DNA of 64,000 nt, taken from Patescibacteria group bacterium (lineage in GTDB: Bacteria; Patescibacteriota; Minisyncoccia; Phycocordibacterales; SIBU01). The stretch is from assembly GCA_040390045.1 (NCBI GenBank), contig JAZJZC010000001.1, positions 254,318 to 318,317 of the forward strand, given 5' to 3'. The position numbers and the translations under genes were made by a program. The notes under the pieces are model-generated. The model was not told where the DNA came from, ran no database searches, and was given only the letters and a program-made list of their open reading frames with translations. Shown here in pieces: positions 55,947 to 64,000 of the stretch; the stretch's first letter is position 1; every line of letters begins with the position of its first letter.

Positions 55947-57825
55947 GATCGACTTTAAGCAAATCGCGCAATACACTTTCCGGAACCTCTTTGGTTTTCT
56001 TTTCTTTCTGTGGAGGAACTTCCTCAACTTTCTTAGGTTCAGCTACTTTTTCTTGCCGCGCGGCGGTAGGTTGAACGGAATTTTTTTCAGCAGCGCTTTT
56101 CTGTGGAACAACCTCAGCAGGAACTTCTTTAGCTTTCAGGAGCGATGAAAGCGCTTTTCGTAATTCATCAAGATTTTCTTTGCCAATCGTTTTTGGTTTC
56201 TTTTGCTGGTCACCAGCCTTTAATTGATTAAGGGAAATCGGCGACGGTGAATTTGAAACTGCAAGAGTCGGATTTTTTTTAGGTGTAGAAAATACTGGAG
56301 CTTGAGTGGTGGGAGTAACAGCCCGAACTGGTCGAGAGTCAATTTGTGGTTTAAGTATCGCGGGTTTGAGTTTCGGCATCAAAGCTAAAAGATCAGCCTT
56401 CAACTTCGAGCCTGAAGCTGAAATGGTAGGAAGCGCGACAGGCGCTGGAGTTGATGGTTTTTTCGCTGGTTCCTCTTTTTTAAGCTCAATTTTTTCCGCT
56501 GGCTTTTCAATCTTTTTCACAACCACGGGAACAATCGGCGCGTGCCATGTTTGAATTCCCTCCTCCACTTTTGCTCTCGGTGCTCCGAATTGAGCACGCG
56601 AAGAAGCGATGATGGCATCTTTATGGGATACGGCAGGTTTTTCAATCGGCGCCATGGTGGTTGCCGAAAATGGAGCCGAACCAACACTATCAATCATCAG
56701 TTTAAGATAAATTTGATACACTCCAAGATTCACCAAATCTTCCGCGGTAAATTGTGGCGCAAATTCCTTTTCGAGAACTTCAGCATCATAGGCTCCGACT
56801 CGAAACGTCACCATCGTTCCCACGTTTCCGAACACCGCCGCTCGCACTTCTTCTTCCATTTGTTCAATGTACTGGTGGGCAATAGTTAAATTTAATTTAT
56901 ATTTTCGAGCTTCGGATAAAATATCAGCAAAACTTTTGTTGGCAAATGATTGGAATTCGTCGACGTAGAGATAAAAATTCGGCAACTTGTTGAGTTCAAC
57001 TTCTGATGCATCAGCGCGCGACATCGCGGCCAAATAAATTTTGGTAATGAGCATGCTTCCCAAAAGATTGGCATTGCCTTCGCCAACTCTTCCTTTTGAA
57101 AGGTTGATGATCATGATTTTTTTCTCATCCATGATCTTTCGCATGTCGAAACTCGAGGTCGGTTGACCGACGATATTTCGAATCAAGGGATTTGAAGTAA
57201 ATTGCCCCACTTTATTTTGAATAGCGGGCGTGGCTTCTGCCGCATATTTGTCGGTATATTTTCCGAATTCATCTACCCAGAAAGAGCGTACCGACGGATC
57301 TTTGATATTGGCCACCACAAGTTTACGAAAATCTTTATCAGCCAACATTCGGTTGATACCAAGAAGCGTTGAACCCGGATACTCGAGAAGAGCCAAAAGC
57401 GTGTTGCTTAAAATGTACGCCATTCTGGCGCTCCAGGCGTCCACCCAAATTTTTTCAAAGGTCGACATGAGGCCGTTGACCACGAGATGCCTTTTGTCAG
57501 GACCAACATCTTCCATAACGTTGAACGAAATCGGATAGTCCATATCAAACGGGGCGAAATATAAAACATCTTTGATGCGATGTTCAGGAACATATTCCAA
57601 AAGTAGTTCGGCGGTTTTGCCGTGCGGATCGATGAAGGCAATTCCCTCACCATTTTGAATATCTTGAATCGCCATGTTTTCAAGCAAGGTTGATTTACCC
57701 ATACCGGTTTTCCCGATGACATAGGTGTGACGAGATCGATCCTTGCGCTTGATGCCAAAAGGAGTTCTTCTGTTACGCGAATCGGTTTGAGCGAAGTACG
57801 TGACTTTGTTATCGTCGGTGGACAT
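55930..57825 (-). CDS. VirD4/TraD-like type IV coupling-protein-family ATPase with disordered P/K/E-rich C-terminal tail
   Basis: Walker A YVIGKTGMGKST, Walker B-like LYVDEF; about 400 aa ATPase core plus a ~230 aa low-complexity tail. Confidence 0.5.
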   Translation of the reverse strand: MSTDDNKVTYFAQTDSRNRRTPFGIKRKDRSRHTYVIGKTGMGKSTLLENMAIQDIQNGEGIAFIDPHGKTAELLLEYVPEHRIKDVLYFAPFDMDYPISFNVMEDVGPDKRHLVVNGLMSTFEKIWVDAWSARMAYILSNTLLALLEYPGSTLLGINRMLADKDFRKLVVANIKDPSVRSFWVDEFGKYTDKYAAEATPAIQNKVGQFTSNPLIRNIVGQPTSSFDMRKIMDEKKIMIINLSKGRVGEGNANLLGSMLITKIYLAAMSRADASEVELNKLPNFYLYVDEFQSFANKSFADILSEARKYKLNLTIAHQYIEQMEEEVRAAVFGNVGTMVTFRVGAYDAEVLEKEFAPQFTAEDLVNLGVYQIYLKLMIDSVGSAPFSATTMAPIEKPAVSHKDAIIASSRAQFGAPRAKVEEGIQTWHAPIVPVVVKKIEKPAEKIELKKEEPAKKPSTPAPVALPTISASGSKLKADLLALMPKLKPAILKPQIDSRPVRAVTPTTQAPVFSTPKKNPTLAVSNSPSPISLNQLKAGDQQKKPKTIGKENLDELRKALSSLLKAKEVPAEVVPQKSAAEKNSVQPTAARQEKVAEPKKVEEVPPQKEKKTKEVPESVLRDLLKVDHDERS

Positions 57826-57861
57826 TTGACCATATTATAGTATGTATTCTAATAATAGACC

Positions 57862-57904
57862 AAGCCCCCGCTCCGCCTTTGGCGGAGCGGGGGCTTATTT
57901 TTAC
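57862..57904. terminator. strong stem-loop/terminator
   Basis: AGCCCCCGCTCCGCC-TTTG-GCGGAGCGGGGGCT followed by TATTTTTTAC. Confidence 0.7.
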
Positions 57905-57945
57905 AAAAGAAAAACCTCCGGCCGAAACCGAAGGTTGAGAGAGAT

Positions 57946-58497
57946 TCAGGCGATTGCCATTGAGGCCACGAAGAGGTCGTGCCGGAATTTTGGGCAAAGC
58001 CATAGTGGCCGAAGTTTTTCAACCAACTCCGAAAAACCAATCTGTGAAAAAACCTGCCGGCATGCTTGCAGGAAATCTGCAAAAACCGCAAAAGCCGACT
58101 TCGCAGCAAGTTTGACAACCTGTGCCGCAACACAAATGTGTTCGAATTCGACTTCACCCAACACAAGCCAGGCACGTACCATGCTCCGAAGCTCCGAGCC
58201 ACATTCTTGCATTTGCCCACGGCCATAGGCGGCTGCGACCCTTGCGGCCCTTTTCGGTTTCATTTTGGGAAATGCGTCAGCCAGTATTGACTGGTCAGCA
58301 ACATCAATTTCCGTTCGGCGCGCAAAAGCCGAAATTGCTTCAATCTGGAGCGTGGTGTAACCTGAATTTTTAGTTTTCACCTGAATACTTATTTTGATTT
58401 GGAGATCGATACCGATGAGAAGAACTGATTGTTCAACACACCGAGCATCTGGATAAATAGTATATAAAATGAAAAGTTGTTTGTCAACAACAGGCAA
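57946..58497 (-). CDS. hypothetical protein (doubtful; TTG start)
   Basis: 183-aa ORF with no ATG near its 5' end; AT-rich 5' part and GC-rich 3' part; VLLIGIDLQIKISIQV loosely resembles a RuvC/YqgF-like N-terminus. Confidence 0.2.
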   Translation of the reverse strand: MPVVDKQLFILYTIYPDARCVEQSVLLIGIDLQIKISIQVKTKNSGYTTLQIEAISAFARRTEIDVADQSILADAFPKMKPKRAARVAAAYGRGQMQECGSELRSMVRAWLVLGEVEFEHICVAAQVVKLAAKSAFAVFADFLQACRQVFSQIGFSELVEKLRPLWLCPKFRHDLFVASMAIA

Positions 58498-58519
58498 TGT
58501 TTTAATTATCCTGTCAAAA

Positions 58520-58565
58520 AAATTAATTTAAAAAAAATAGCCCGATCCTGTGGTGGATCGGGCTG
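58520..58565 (-). terminator. Rho-independent terminator for the minus-strand gene ending at 58581
   Basis: AGCCCGATCC-TGTGGT-GGATCGGGCT with a plus-strand A-run (a minus-strand U-run) after it. Confidence 0.65.
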
Positions 58566-58580
58566 ATTAGCAAACACGGC

Positions 58581-58853
58581 TCAAGCCGCGACACCGCGAG
58601 CGAGATTGCCTCGCCCGCCAAACAGGAACGCCTGCCGTGCGGCAAACTCCGCGTCCGTTCCCGCCCACATGGCAACTCCCGGATCAACCGAGTCGAGAAC
58701 TCTGAGTCCCGCGCGCCTGAGAAGGCCGATTGGGATTTTGGTTCTCTCCTCTATTGGCAAACTCAGAACGTGGGCGCGGATCAGGTGACCGTTGCCGTTG
58801 CGGTGACTGTGGGCGCCTCCATTGATGATGGCCGGCAGAACTAATGCTGACAT
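58581..58853 (-). CDS. hypothetical small protein (GC-rich)
   Basis: 91-aa ORF from ATG 58853; its own terminator follows. Confidence 0.3.
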   Translation of the reverse strand: MSALVLPAIINGGAHSHRNGNGHLIRAHVLSLPIEERTKIPIGLLRRAGLRVLDSVDPGVAMWAGTDAEFAARQAFLFGGRGNLARGVAA

Positions 58854-58949
58854 AATTACTGCTTTGTGATTACTTACTACGTAAACTGGGGGGCTGGGAA
58901 AAACAATACTCCTCGAGTACTTATGTGTCAACGAAAACCTGTGTCTAAC

Positions 58950-60260
58950 TTATTGATTGACACTCACCGCGTCGGCGACTTTAAGCGCCGCGACAGTGTA
59001 ATGGTTTGAAGCATTCCACAACATCCAAGAATTTAAACCAGAATCGTACGTTGCTTGAATTTGTTTATCCACCATCTCTGCCGTATAGGTCGCGCCTAAA
59101 TTAAAATCTTGAAGCCACGGTCTAATTTTTAATTGAGAAAATTCTTCCTTAGGATACAGTTTCGGACTGGTAGAAGCAATGGCCGCCGATCCGTCAAAAG
59201 AAATTTTTGTCGTCGTTGCAATTGATCGCCTCACTGCCGCATCCATGGAAAACTTCACCACTTCGTACGGTTTATCAGCCGGATTTTTAAAACCCATAAA
59301 GGTTGGCGGATAGTGGGATGGATAGACCATCGGGGCAACATAATCAAAATATGGCAGAGCATTTTCAAGCACTTGGCCGATTCCTAAATCATCTGTATTG
59401 GTGGTAGTCATACCAAAAAGATCGGCAGATAAAACAGCGCCCATCGGTTTCAGGTGAGTGTTAAGATAGGCAAAGAAATCTCTCAAGACCGTTGGTTTAG
59501 AATTTTTGCCACTGTACGGATACGCGATATCTTTCATGTTTCCATCAGATGGAAATCGAATATAATCAAAGTTCAATTCATCAAAACCAGCTTTGTAGGA
59601 TTCGGCGCCAATGGCTGTAATATATTTCCACTCCTCTTTTGATCCCGGATCAATCCAGCTAATACCTTTGTAATCTTTCCAAACTGCACCGTCACTTTCT
59701 CGCTTGACTGCAAGTGTCGGTTTCAATTTTACCAAATAGGCATCCTGAAATGTTGAAATTCGGCCGATGACATAAATCCCCCGCCTGTGGAGATCGGCAA
59801 TAAATTCTCGGGCGTCGGGAATACGATTTTCAAACGCGCCAATTTCTTTGAGGTATGGATCATCGGGACTGAATGCAATTCGTCCACTATAATCTTTAAT
59901 GTCGATCACCACAGAATTGATTTCGGTGGTGTCGATAATATTGACGAGCTTACTTCGCAAATCTTTTGATCCGGCAACCCAGCTGGTCATGTAAATCGCT
60001 TTCACCGAGGAAGGTGTGGGTACGTGTGTTGCAACAAACTCTGCCTTTGGATCTTTAGCAGTAGCAATGATTGAAGTGGAAGTAGCGACAGGTCGAGTCA
60101 CATTCAATCCAACACTTGTTGATAAATAACTTGGCAAAATAAAATAACACAAAACGAAAACGGCGAGCACAAGAATTGCAAAGACAAAAAACCACGCGGC
60201 GCGCGCTCGAGAAATTCCCATCTTCTTGCCTGCAATTTTAAACTGTCGGGCTCTGTTCAT
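58950..60260 (-). CDS. membrane-anchored putative glycoside-hydrolase-like TIM-barrel protein (GHL/DUF4015-like)
   Basis: N-terminal TM anchor, then a ~380 aa domain with FDELNFDYIRFPSDG and GQVLENALPYFDYVAPMVYPSHY resembling hypothetical glycosyl-hydrolase-like families. Confidence 0.45.
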   Translation of the reverse strand: MNRARQFKIAGKKMGISRARAAWFFVFAILVLAVFVLCYFILPSYLSTSVGLNVTRPVATSTSIIATAKDPKAEFVATHVPTPSSVKAIYMTSWVAGSKDLRSKLVNIIDTTEINSVVIDIKDYSGRIAFSPDDPYLKEIGAFENRIPDAREFIADLHRRGIYVIGRISTFQDAYLVKLKPTLAVKRESDGAVWKDYKGISWIDPGSKEEWKYITAIGAESYKAGFDELNFDYIRFPSDGNMKDIAYPYSGKNSKPTVLRDFFAYLNTHLKPMGAVLSADLFGMTTTNTDDLGIGQVLENALPYFDYVAPMVYPSHYPPTFMGFKNPADKPYEVVKFSMDAAVRRSIATTTKISFDGSAAIASTSPKLYPKEEFSQLKIRPWLQDFNLGATYTAEMVDKQIQATYDSGLNSWMLWNASNHYTVAALKVADAVSVNQ

Positions 60261-60516
60261 TGGAATTACTTACAAATACTTCGGGTTGTTTTATTTCTAC
60301 TACTGGTTCAGGCGCTGTTGCCACAACGTGAATTTTTTTAGAAGTTCGTTTGTGCTTAACACTGGTAGCTCTCACCGATCTCATAGAAAAAGACATGGCG
60401 AGTAACCACAAACCTAGGGCGAGCAGGAAAAAACTTTTCCATGCGGAAGGAAATCCTAGGGCTGGCAGTACAATCAGAAAAATTCCGATGCCTAATACTG
60501 AATTAATGTATCGCAT
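60238..60516 (-). CDS. small membrane protein
   Basis: 92 aa, two predicted TM helices; overlaps the downstream gene start. Confidence 0.3.
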   Translation of the reverse strand: MRYINSVLGIGIFLIVLPALGFPSAWKSFFLLALGLWLLAMSFSMRSVRATSVKHKRTSKKIHVVATAPEPVVEIKQPEVFVSNSNEQSPTV

Positions 60517-60630
60517 AAAAAGATTATACAGGATGCTCTTGAAAAAAAGAAATTATTAGTCATGTGTACAAAATGCTATAATGACACCAGCGTAGAAATT
60601 TGAAACTTCACCCAAGAAAGGCGGGTGCAT

Positions 60631-61221
60631 ATGAAAATTATAAAACTTTTCGATCCGTGGAAACTAGCAACCTACAGGGCGCGCGATCATGCTGATCATC
60701 TTGAAAGACGGCTTCAAAAATTTTGTCTCCTAAGTACACCAGAAGACGTTGTTGCTAAAGGAGAAAAGTGGGGTAATGGCCAGATACTGACAACTCGAGA
60801 CGGCGGTACTCAGATTTGGCGAGGACAAATAAATAGCGCGTGGTTCGAGCAAATTCCCCAACCAAAATGGATAACACCGACCGGAGACGGAGTACTCATA
60901 GAACTTAAGCTCACCTGGTTTGCTCGGAGAATACCGATCTCTCTTACCTTAGGAAAACGAGAAAAACCAAAGATACTTTGGGTGCGAGATTCACAGAGTC
61001 TCCCATATTCCTTAAAAATTACGATCGCAAGTTTTTACCAGAATAAGGGAGGAAAAGCCTTACTCTCCAGAAACTTTTTTCCCAGACGATTGTTCTTCAC
61101 TACCACTGATGGCGAACAGGGATTTTTTACGAGAGACAACGATCCGGAAAATTTAATACTCCGAGACCACGGTCTGCATGACCCTACTACCGCCAAGCCG
61201 CCTAAGAAAAAGAAAAGTTAG
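60631..61221 (+). CDS. hypothetical protein
   Basis: ORF with GAAAGG RBS before ATG 60631; lysine-rich C-terminus. Confidence 0.35.
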   Translation: MKIIKLFDPWKLATYRARDHADHLERRLQKFCLLSTPEDVVAKGEKWGNGQILTTRDGGTQIWRGQINSAWFEQIPQPKWITPTGDGVLIELKLTWFARRIPISLTLGKREKPKILWVRDSQSLPYSLKITIASFYQNKGGKALLSRNFFPRRLFFTTTDGEQGFFTRDNDPENLILRDHGLHDPTTAKPPKKKKS

Positions 61222-61269
61222 TATACTGGTATCTCTTTGATACCAGTATTTTTTTGATATACTCAAAGT

Positions 61270-61608
61270 ATGACAACATCACTTGAACAAAAACATTGCC
61301 GAGCCTGCGAGCTCGGTGAAGGAAAACTAAATCACGCTGACATCGAAGCTTTTATGACCCACACGCCACAATGGACTGTGGTAAAAGATCACGAGATTTT
61401 TCGCGACTTTAAATTTAAAAACTTTGCTGAAGCGCTCGCCTTTGTAAATAAAGTTGGTGCGCTCGCCGAATCCGAAGGTCATCATCCGGATGTCTCGTTC
61501 GGTTGGGGCTACGTCAAAATTACCCTCTCAACTCATGCGGTAGATGGACTCTCAGAAAATGATTTTATTCTCGCGGTGAAAATAGATACACTAGAAAATA
61601 GTCGGTAG
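61270..61608 (+). CDS. pterin-4a-carbinolamine dehydratase (PCD/DCoH)
   Basis: 112 aa with the EGHHPD signature and FVNKVGALAE region. Confidence 0.8.
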   Translation: MTTSLEQKHCRACELGEGKLNHADIEAFMTHTPQWTVVKDHEIFRDFKFKNFAEALAFVNKVGALAESEGHHPDVSFGWGYVKITLSTHAVDGLSENDFILAVKIDTLENSR

Positions 61609-61635
61609 TAAGTAGACATGTAGAAAAACAAAAGA

Positions 61636-61672
61636 AAAACTTCTGACAAAATGACTGTCAGAAGTTTGAAAA
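61636..61672. terminator. bidirectional terminator between convergent genes
   Basis: CTTCTGACA-AAATGAC-TGTCAGAAG 9-bp stem flanked by A- and T-runs. Confidence 0.6.
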
Positions 61673-61673
61673 T

Positions 61674-62222
61674 TTAGCAAAAGCCCTTAGACGATTCTCT
61701 CACCGGCTCAGTCGCATCAAAAAACACTCTGTCTCCGGTCACGCCACCATCCTGATGCCGAGGCTGGTGTTGAGAAATACGGTTGGCGCCAAGATGCCAG
61801 CCGCCACCTTCCTGCTCGGCGCGGATTGCCCAATCAGTGCCCTTAAGATGGAAAATATTCTCCGCATGTTCGTGAACAACCAGGAACCGATCGATCGTGG
61901 GATCGGGAACCTCACCAGATGGTTGAAGCGCCAGTAACCCAAAGATATGGGCGAGCGGCACTGTGCGAGTTCCCCTTCCCAAAGCGGCAGATATCTCGTC
62001 GTTAGTTGCCCGATCGAGAAGTTTCCCGGCCTTAATTCTCATTGCCGGAACATTTTCCTCAACATAGTCACGAATCAAAACTTTAAAGTTCTGACCGAAA
62101 AGGGCGAATCGAACACTCCTTACAGAATGTTCTTCCTGAAACCCCTCCCGCGCTAAGAAATACGGAACCCGCGGTAATGTAACTGCACCAATGATCTCTA
62201 TCAGATTTGTGGGATAGTTCAT
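61674..62222 (-). CDS. hypothetical protein (GC-rich)
   Basis: 182-aa ORF, ATG at 62222, His-rich motif HEHAENIFH. Confidence 0.35.
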   Translation of the reverse strand: MNYPTNLIEIIGAVTLPRVPYFLAREGFQEEHSVRSVRFALFGQNFKVLIRDYVEENVPAMRIKAGKLLDRATNDEISAALGRGTRTVPLAHIFGLLALQPSGEVPDPTIDRFLVVHEHAENIFHLKGTDWAIRAEQEGGGWHLGANRISQHQPRHQDGGVTGDRVFFDATEPVRESSKGFC

Positions 62223-62322
62223 AACTCAACTTTCTGTCTTTGGCCTTTAGTGGCCGTTTTCTACCGGAAACCTTATCCATAAGTCGCCCCCCTGTCAAAT
62301 ATAAAAATAAAAAGCACCACTA

Positions 62323-62760
62323 CTATAGGGTGCTTGCTTGAGCGCTGATTTCGATACTGTAACGCTCCTTTAAAATTTGCGTAAATCGGTCGACGTCGCC
62401 GGAGCATTCGCCATCGAGAATGGTTGTCATGTAGACTCGGTGATCGAGAGTCAAAACACTTCCCAGACACCAGATCCAGAAAATATTTTTGGCTAAAGCC
62501 GGCGTCGGTATCGCACGCGGATAACAAACAAAGTATGTGCCGGAACGTGGCGACTGACGAGTGTACAAACGTTGCAGAGTAGTTTCATCGTTTGGCCGAA
62601 CCAACTCAATTTCGTAGTGATTGCCTACTGGCACCTGACCGAAGTGGTCGTAAAATTCCTCCGCTTCAAGAAAAAAGTGCGCGGGAGAGGTGGAGAGATG
62701 GCAACGGGCTTGAAACACATGGGTCACAAGGCCAGAGTGCACTGCGATTTCGATATTCAT
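62323..62760 (-). CDS. hypothetical protein (GC-rich)
   Basis: ORF from ATG 62760; a terminator hairpin overlaps its stop codon. Confidence 0.35.
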   Translation of the reverse strand: MNIEIAVHSGLVTHVFQARCHLSTSPAHFFLEAEEFYDHFGQVPVGNHYEIELVRPNDETTLQRLYTRQSPRSGTYFVCYPRAIPTPALAKNIFWIWCLGSVLTLDHRVYMTTILDGECSGDVDRFTQILKERYSIEISAQASTL

Positions 62761-62847
62761 GGTAAAGAAAGAACAGGAATTTTCTAGCGACAAACTAACA
62801 CAAACAGAAAATTTTGGCCACCTTTGTTCAACCTTTCTTTTGTGTAG

Positions 62848-63525
62848 TTATGGATGAACAATCACCACAAACTCCCCTCTCACTTTTTCAGCGTTGCTTG
62901 TAAAAAATTCCAGAAGTTCAGCTGGCGTTCCCATTTTCACTTCTTCGTGAATTTTAGTGAGTTCGCGACAAATCGTCACTTTTTTACTTGGCGCGAATTT
63001 AATTAAAGATTCAAAAGTTTTCAAAATCCGATGGGGAGATTCATAAAAAACCATGGCTCGTTCGGAAGCGGCAATTTCCTTAAAGAGCGTTTCCCTTCCC
63101 TTTTTGTGTGGTAAAAATCCAAGAAAAGTAAAGTCAGCTACTGGCACGCCGGCAATGGAAAACGCAGTGGTAAGTGCTGATGGCCCTGGCACTGATTCAA
63201 TTTTCGCCTCGGGCATGGCTACGCGAATTTGCTTGACTAGGTACGAACCTGGGTCAGAAATCCCCGGCGTTCCCGCGTCGGTCACCAAGGCTAAATTTTT
63301 CCCTTCGGAAAGAAGTTGCACAATTTTCTCAACTTTAATGCCACTGCGTTCTTCGTTGTAGGTCAGCAAATGTTTGTCCAAAATTTCATGCCGATCAAGC
63401 ACGCGCTTGGTCATTCGCGTATCCTCGCACAAAATCACATCGACTTCCTTGAGCACTCGAAGCGCCCGAAGCGTGATGTCTTCTAGGTTACCGATTGGTG
63501 TTGCCACTATATATAAAATTCCCAT
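62848..63525 (-). CDS. rsmI: 16S rRNA (cytidine1402-2'-O)-methyltransferase
   Basis: N-terminal LYIVATPIGNLEDIT and a tetrapyrrole-methylase fold of typical RsmI length. Confidence 0.8.
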   Translation of the reverse strand: MGILYIVATPIGNLEDITLRALRVLKEVDVILCEDTRMTKRVLDRHEILDKHLLTYNEERSGIKVEKIVQLLSEGKNLALVTDAGTPGISDPGSYLVKQIRVAMPEAKIESVPGPSALTTAFSIAGVPVADFTFLGFLPHKKGRETLFKEIAASERAMVFYESPHRILKTFESLIKFAPSKKVTICRELTKIHEEVKMGTPAELLEFFTSNAEKVRGEFVVIVHP

Positions 63526-63551
63526 AATTATTTTAATATTCTTCCGCCTTA

Positions 63552-63570
63552 TAAACTCATTATTCTAATG
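63552..63570. promoter_or_regulatory. 19-nt repeat ATTCTAATGTTCTCAAGAA (copy 1) within an imperfect palindrome
   Basis: AATGTTCT...AGAACATT inverted arms; an identical 19-mer occurs at 63865..63883 on the other side of the ArsR gene. Confidence 0.5.
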
Positions 63571-63847
63571 TTCTCAAGAACTTCAGAACATTCTCTGCTC
63601 GTGATGTAAGTTTATGACGAACCGAAACACTATCCGACTTCTTGAGCACAAGACCAGCAATGGCAAGGCGTCGTAAATGATCTGAGGCTGTCTTATAGTT
63701 TAGTTTAAGTAATTCGGTAACTTCATCAACAGACATTTCTGGTGTTTTCTTTAAAACTTCGAGAATTTGAATTCGCCGATGATTTGCAAATCCACGAACC
63801 AGCCGCTCAAGTGTTCTGTAATTTTTTTGTTTCTCCTTCTTTTCCAT
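63560..63847 (-). CDS. ArsR/SmtB-family transcriptional regulator
   Basis: HTH region RRIQILEVLKKTPEMSVDEVTELLKLNYKTASDHLRRLAIAGLV; ATG at 63847. Confidence 0.6.
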   Translation of the reverse strand: MEKKEKQKNYRTLERLVRGFANHRRIQILEVLKKTPEMSVDEVTELLKLNYKTASDHLRRLAIAGLVLKKSDSVSVRHKLTSRAENVLKFLRTLE

Positions 63848-63864
63848 TCGATTGTAGTTTTTAT

Positions 63865-63883
63865 ATTCTAATGTTCTCAAGAA
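63865..63883. promoter_or_regulatory. 19-nt repeat ATTCTAATGTTCTCAAGAA (copy 2), putative ArsR operator in its own promoter
   Basis: Exact direct repeat of 63552..63570, located just upstream of the ArsR start. Confidence 0.5.
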
Positions 63884-64000
63884 TATCAGAATATACTACT
63901 ACATTCAACTTTATAAACCTTTAACTAATTCCCCTCCTATCTTGTAAATATCTCCGGCTCCGACTGTAATAACCACATCATCAGCTCTAGCACTCTTTTT

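Noticed and set aside
58130-58165. tRNA/tmRNA-like T-arm (GTGTTCGAATTCGAC)
   Set aside because: It is only a TCGAATTCGA palindrome. There are no acceptor, D or anticodon stems and no CCA-proximal structure.
15215-62793. Chimeric assembly as explanation for GC-rich islands
   Set aside because: It is not fully excluded without reads. However, the islands are gene-sized, individually bounded by hairpins, occur on both strands and are interleaved with host-like genes at about ten places. That pattern is unusual for assembly chimeras.
1-64000. CRISPR array
   Set aside because: No series of regularly spaced identical direct repeats was found. The repeated words I found are isolated pairs inside genes or at cassette borders, not arrays.

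Overview
This 64 kb window is AT-rich (roughly 40% GC by eye), compact and full of overlapping genes, and it is dominated by one very large glycan/polysaccharide biosynthesis and decoration locus. From gene content I infer a CPR/Patescibacteria-like origin: a lamin-tail-domain surface protein, a VirD4-like ATPase, many glycosyltransferases and few housekeeping genes. Recognisable modules are:
- GDP-fucose synthase plus GT10-like and GT11 fucosyltransferases.
- An ABC-2 Wzm/Wzt exporter.
- A nonulosonic (sialic-like) acid module: NeuA, a NeuB fused to a TIM-barrel domain, and a DUF115/Maf-like protein.
- A ColD/RfbH-family 3-dehydratase (Lys to His) with SDR reductases, pointing to 3,6-dideoxyhexose synthesis.
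- dTDP-sugar genes rfbB, rfbA and rfbD.
- Three paralogous TcaB9-like sugar C-methyltransferases, an FdtA-like cupin ketoisomerase and a NodU/CmcH carbamoyltransferase.
- A DegT aminotransferase and several O-methyltransferases (TylF-like, TIGR04325-like, DUF268-like).
- About ten GT4 and five GT2 glycosyltransferases (two GT2s fused to methyltransferase domains), two GT-C (GT39/83-like) membrane transferases, a GtrA flippase and a Dpm1-like GT2.
Small GC-rich islands (roughly 55-60% GC by eye) are interleaved in this locus, each carrying one or two genes bounded by strong hairpins. They contain three DUF218/YdcF-like paralogs, two of them apparently with non-ATG starts, and a tandem pair of paralogous hypothetical genes. 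One of these cassettes is flanked by direct repeats of a 26-nt palindrome. I also see a conserved roughly 54-nt leader repeated upstream of two operons with a third inverted copy, a shared palindromic hairpin core at two sites, and nucleotide-level palindromes and inverted repeats inside paralogous GT4 genes in different reading frames. The right end holds housekeeping-type genes (pterin-4a-carbinolamine dehydratase, RsmI, an ArsR regulator). I found no rRNA, tRNA or CRISPR array.
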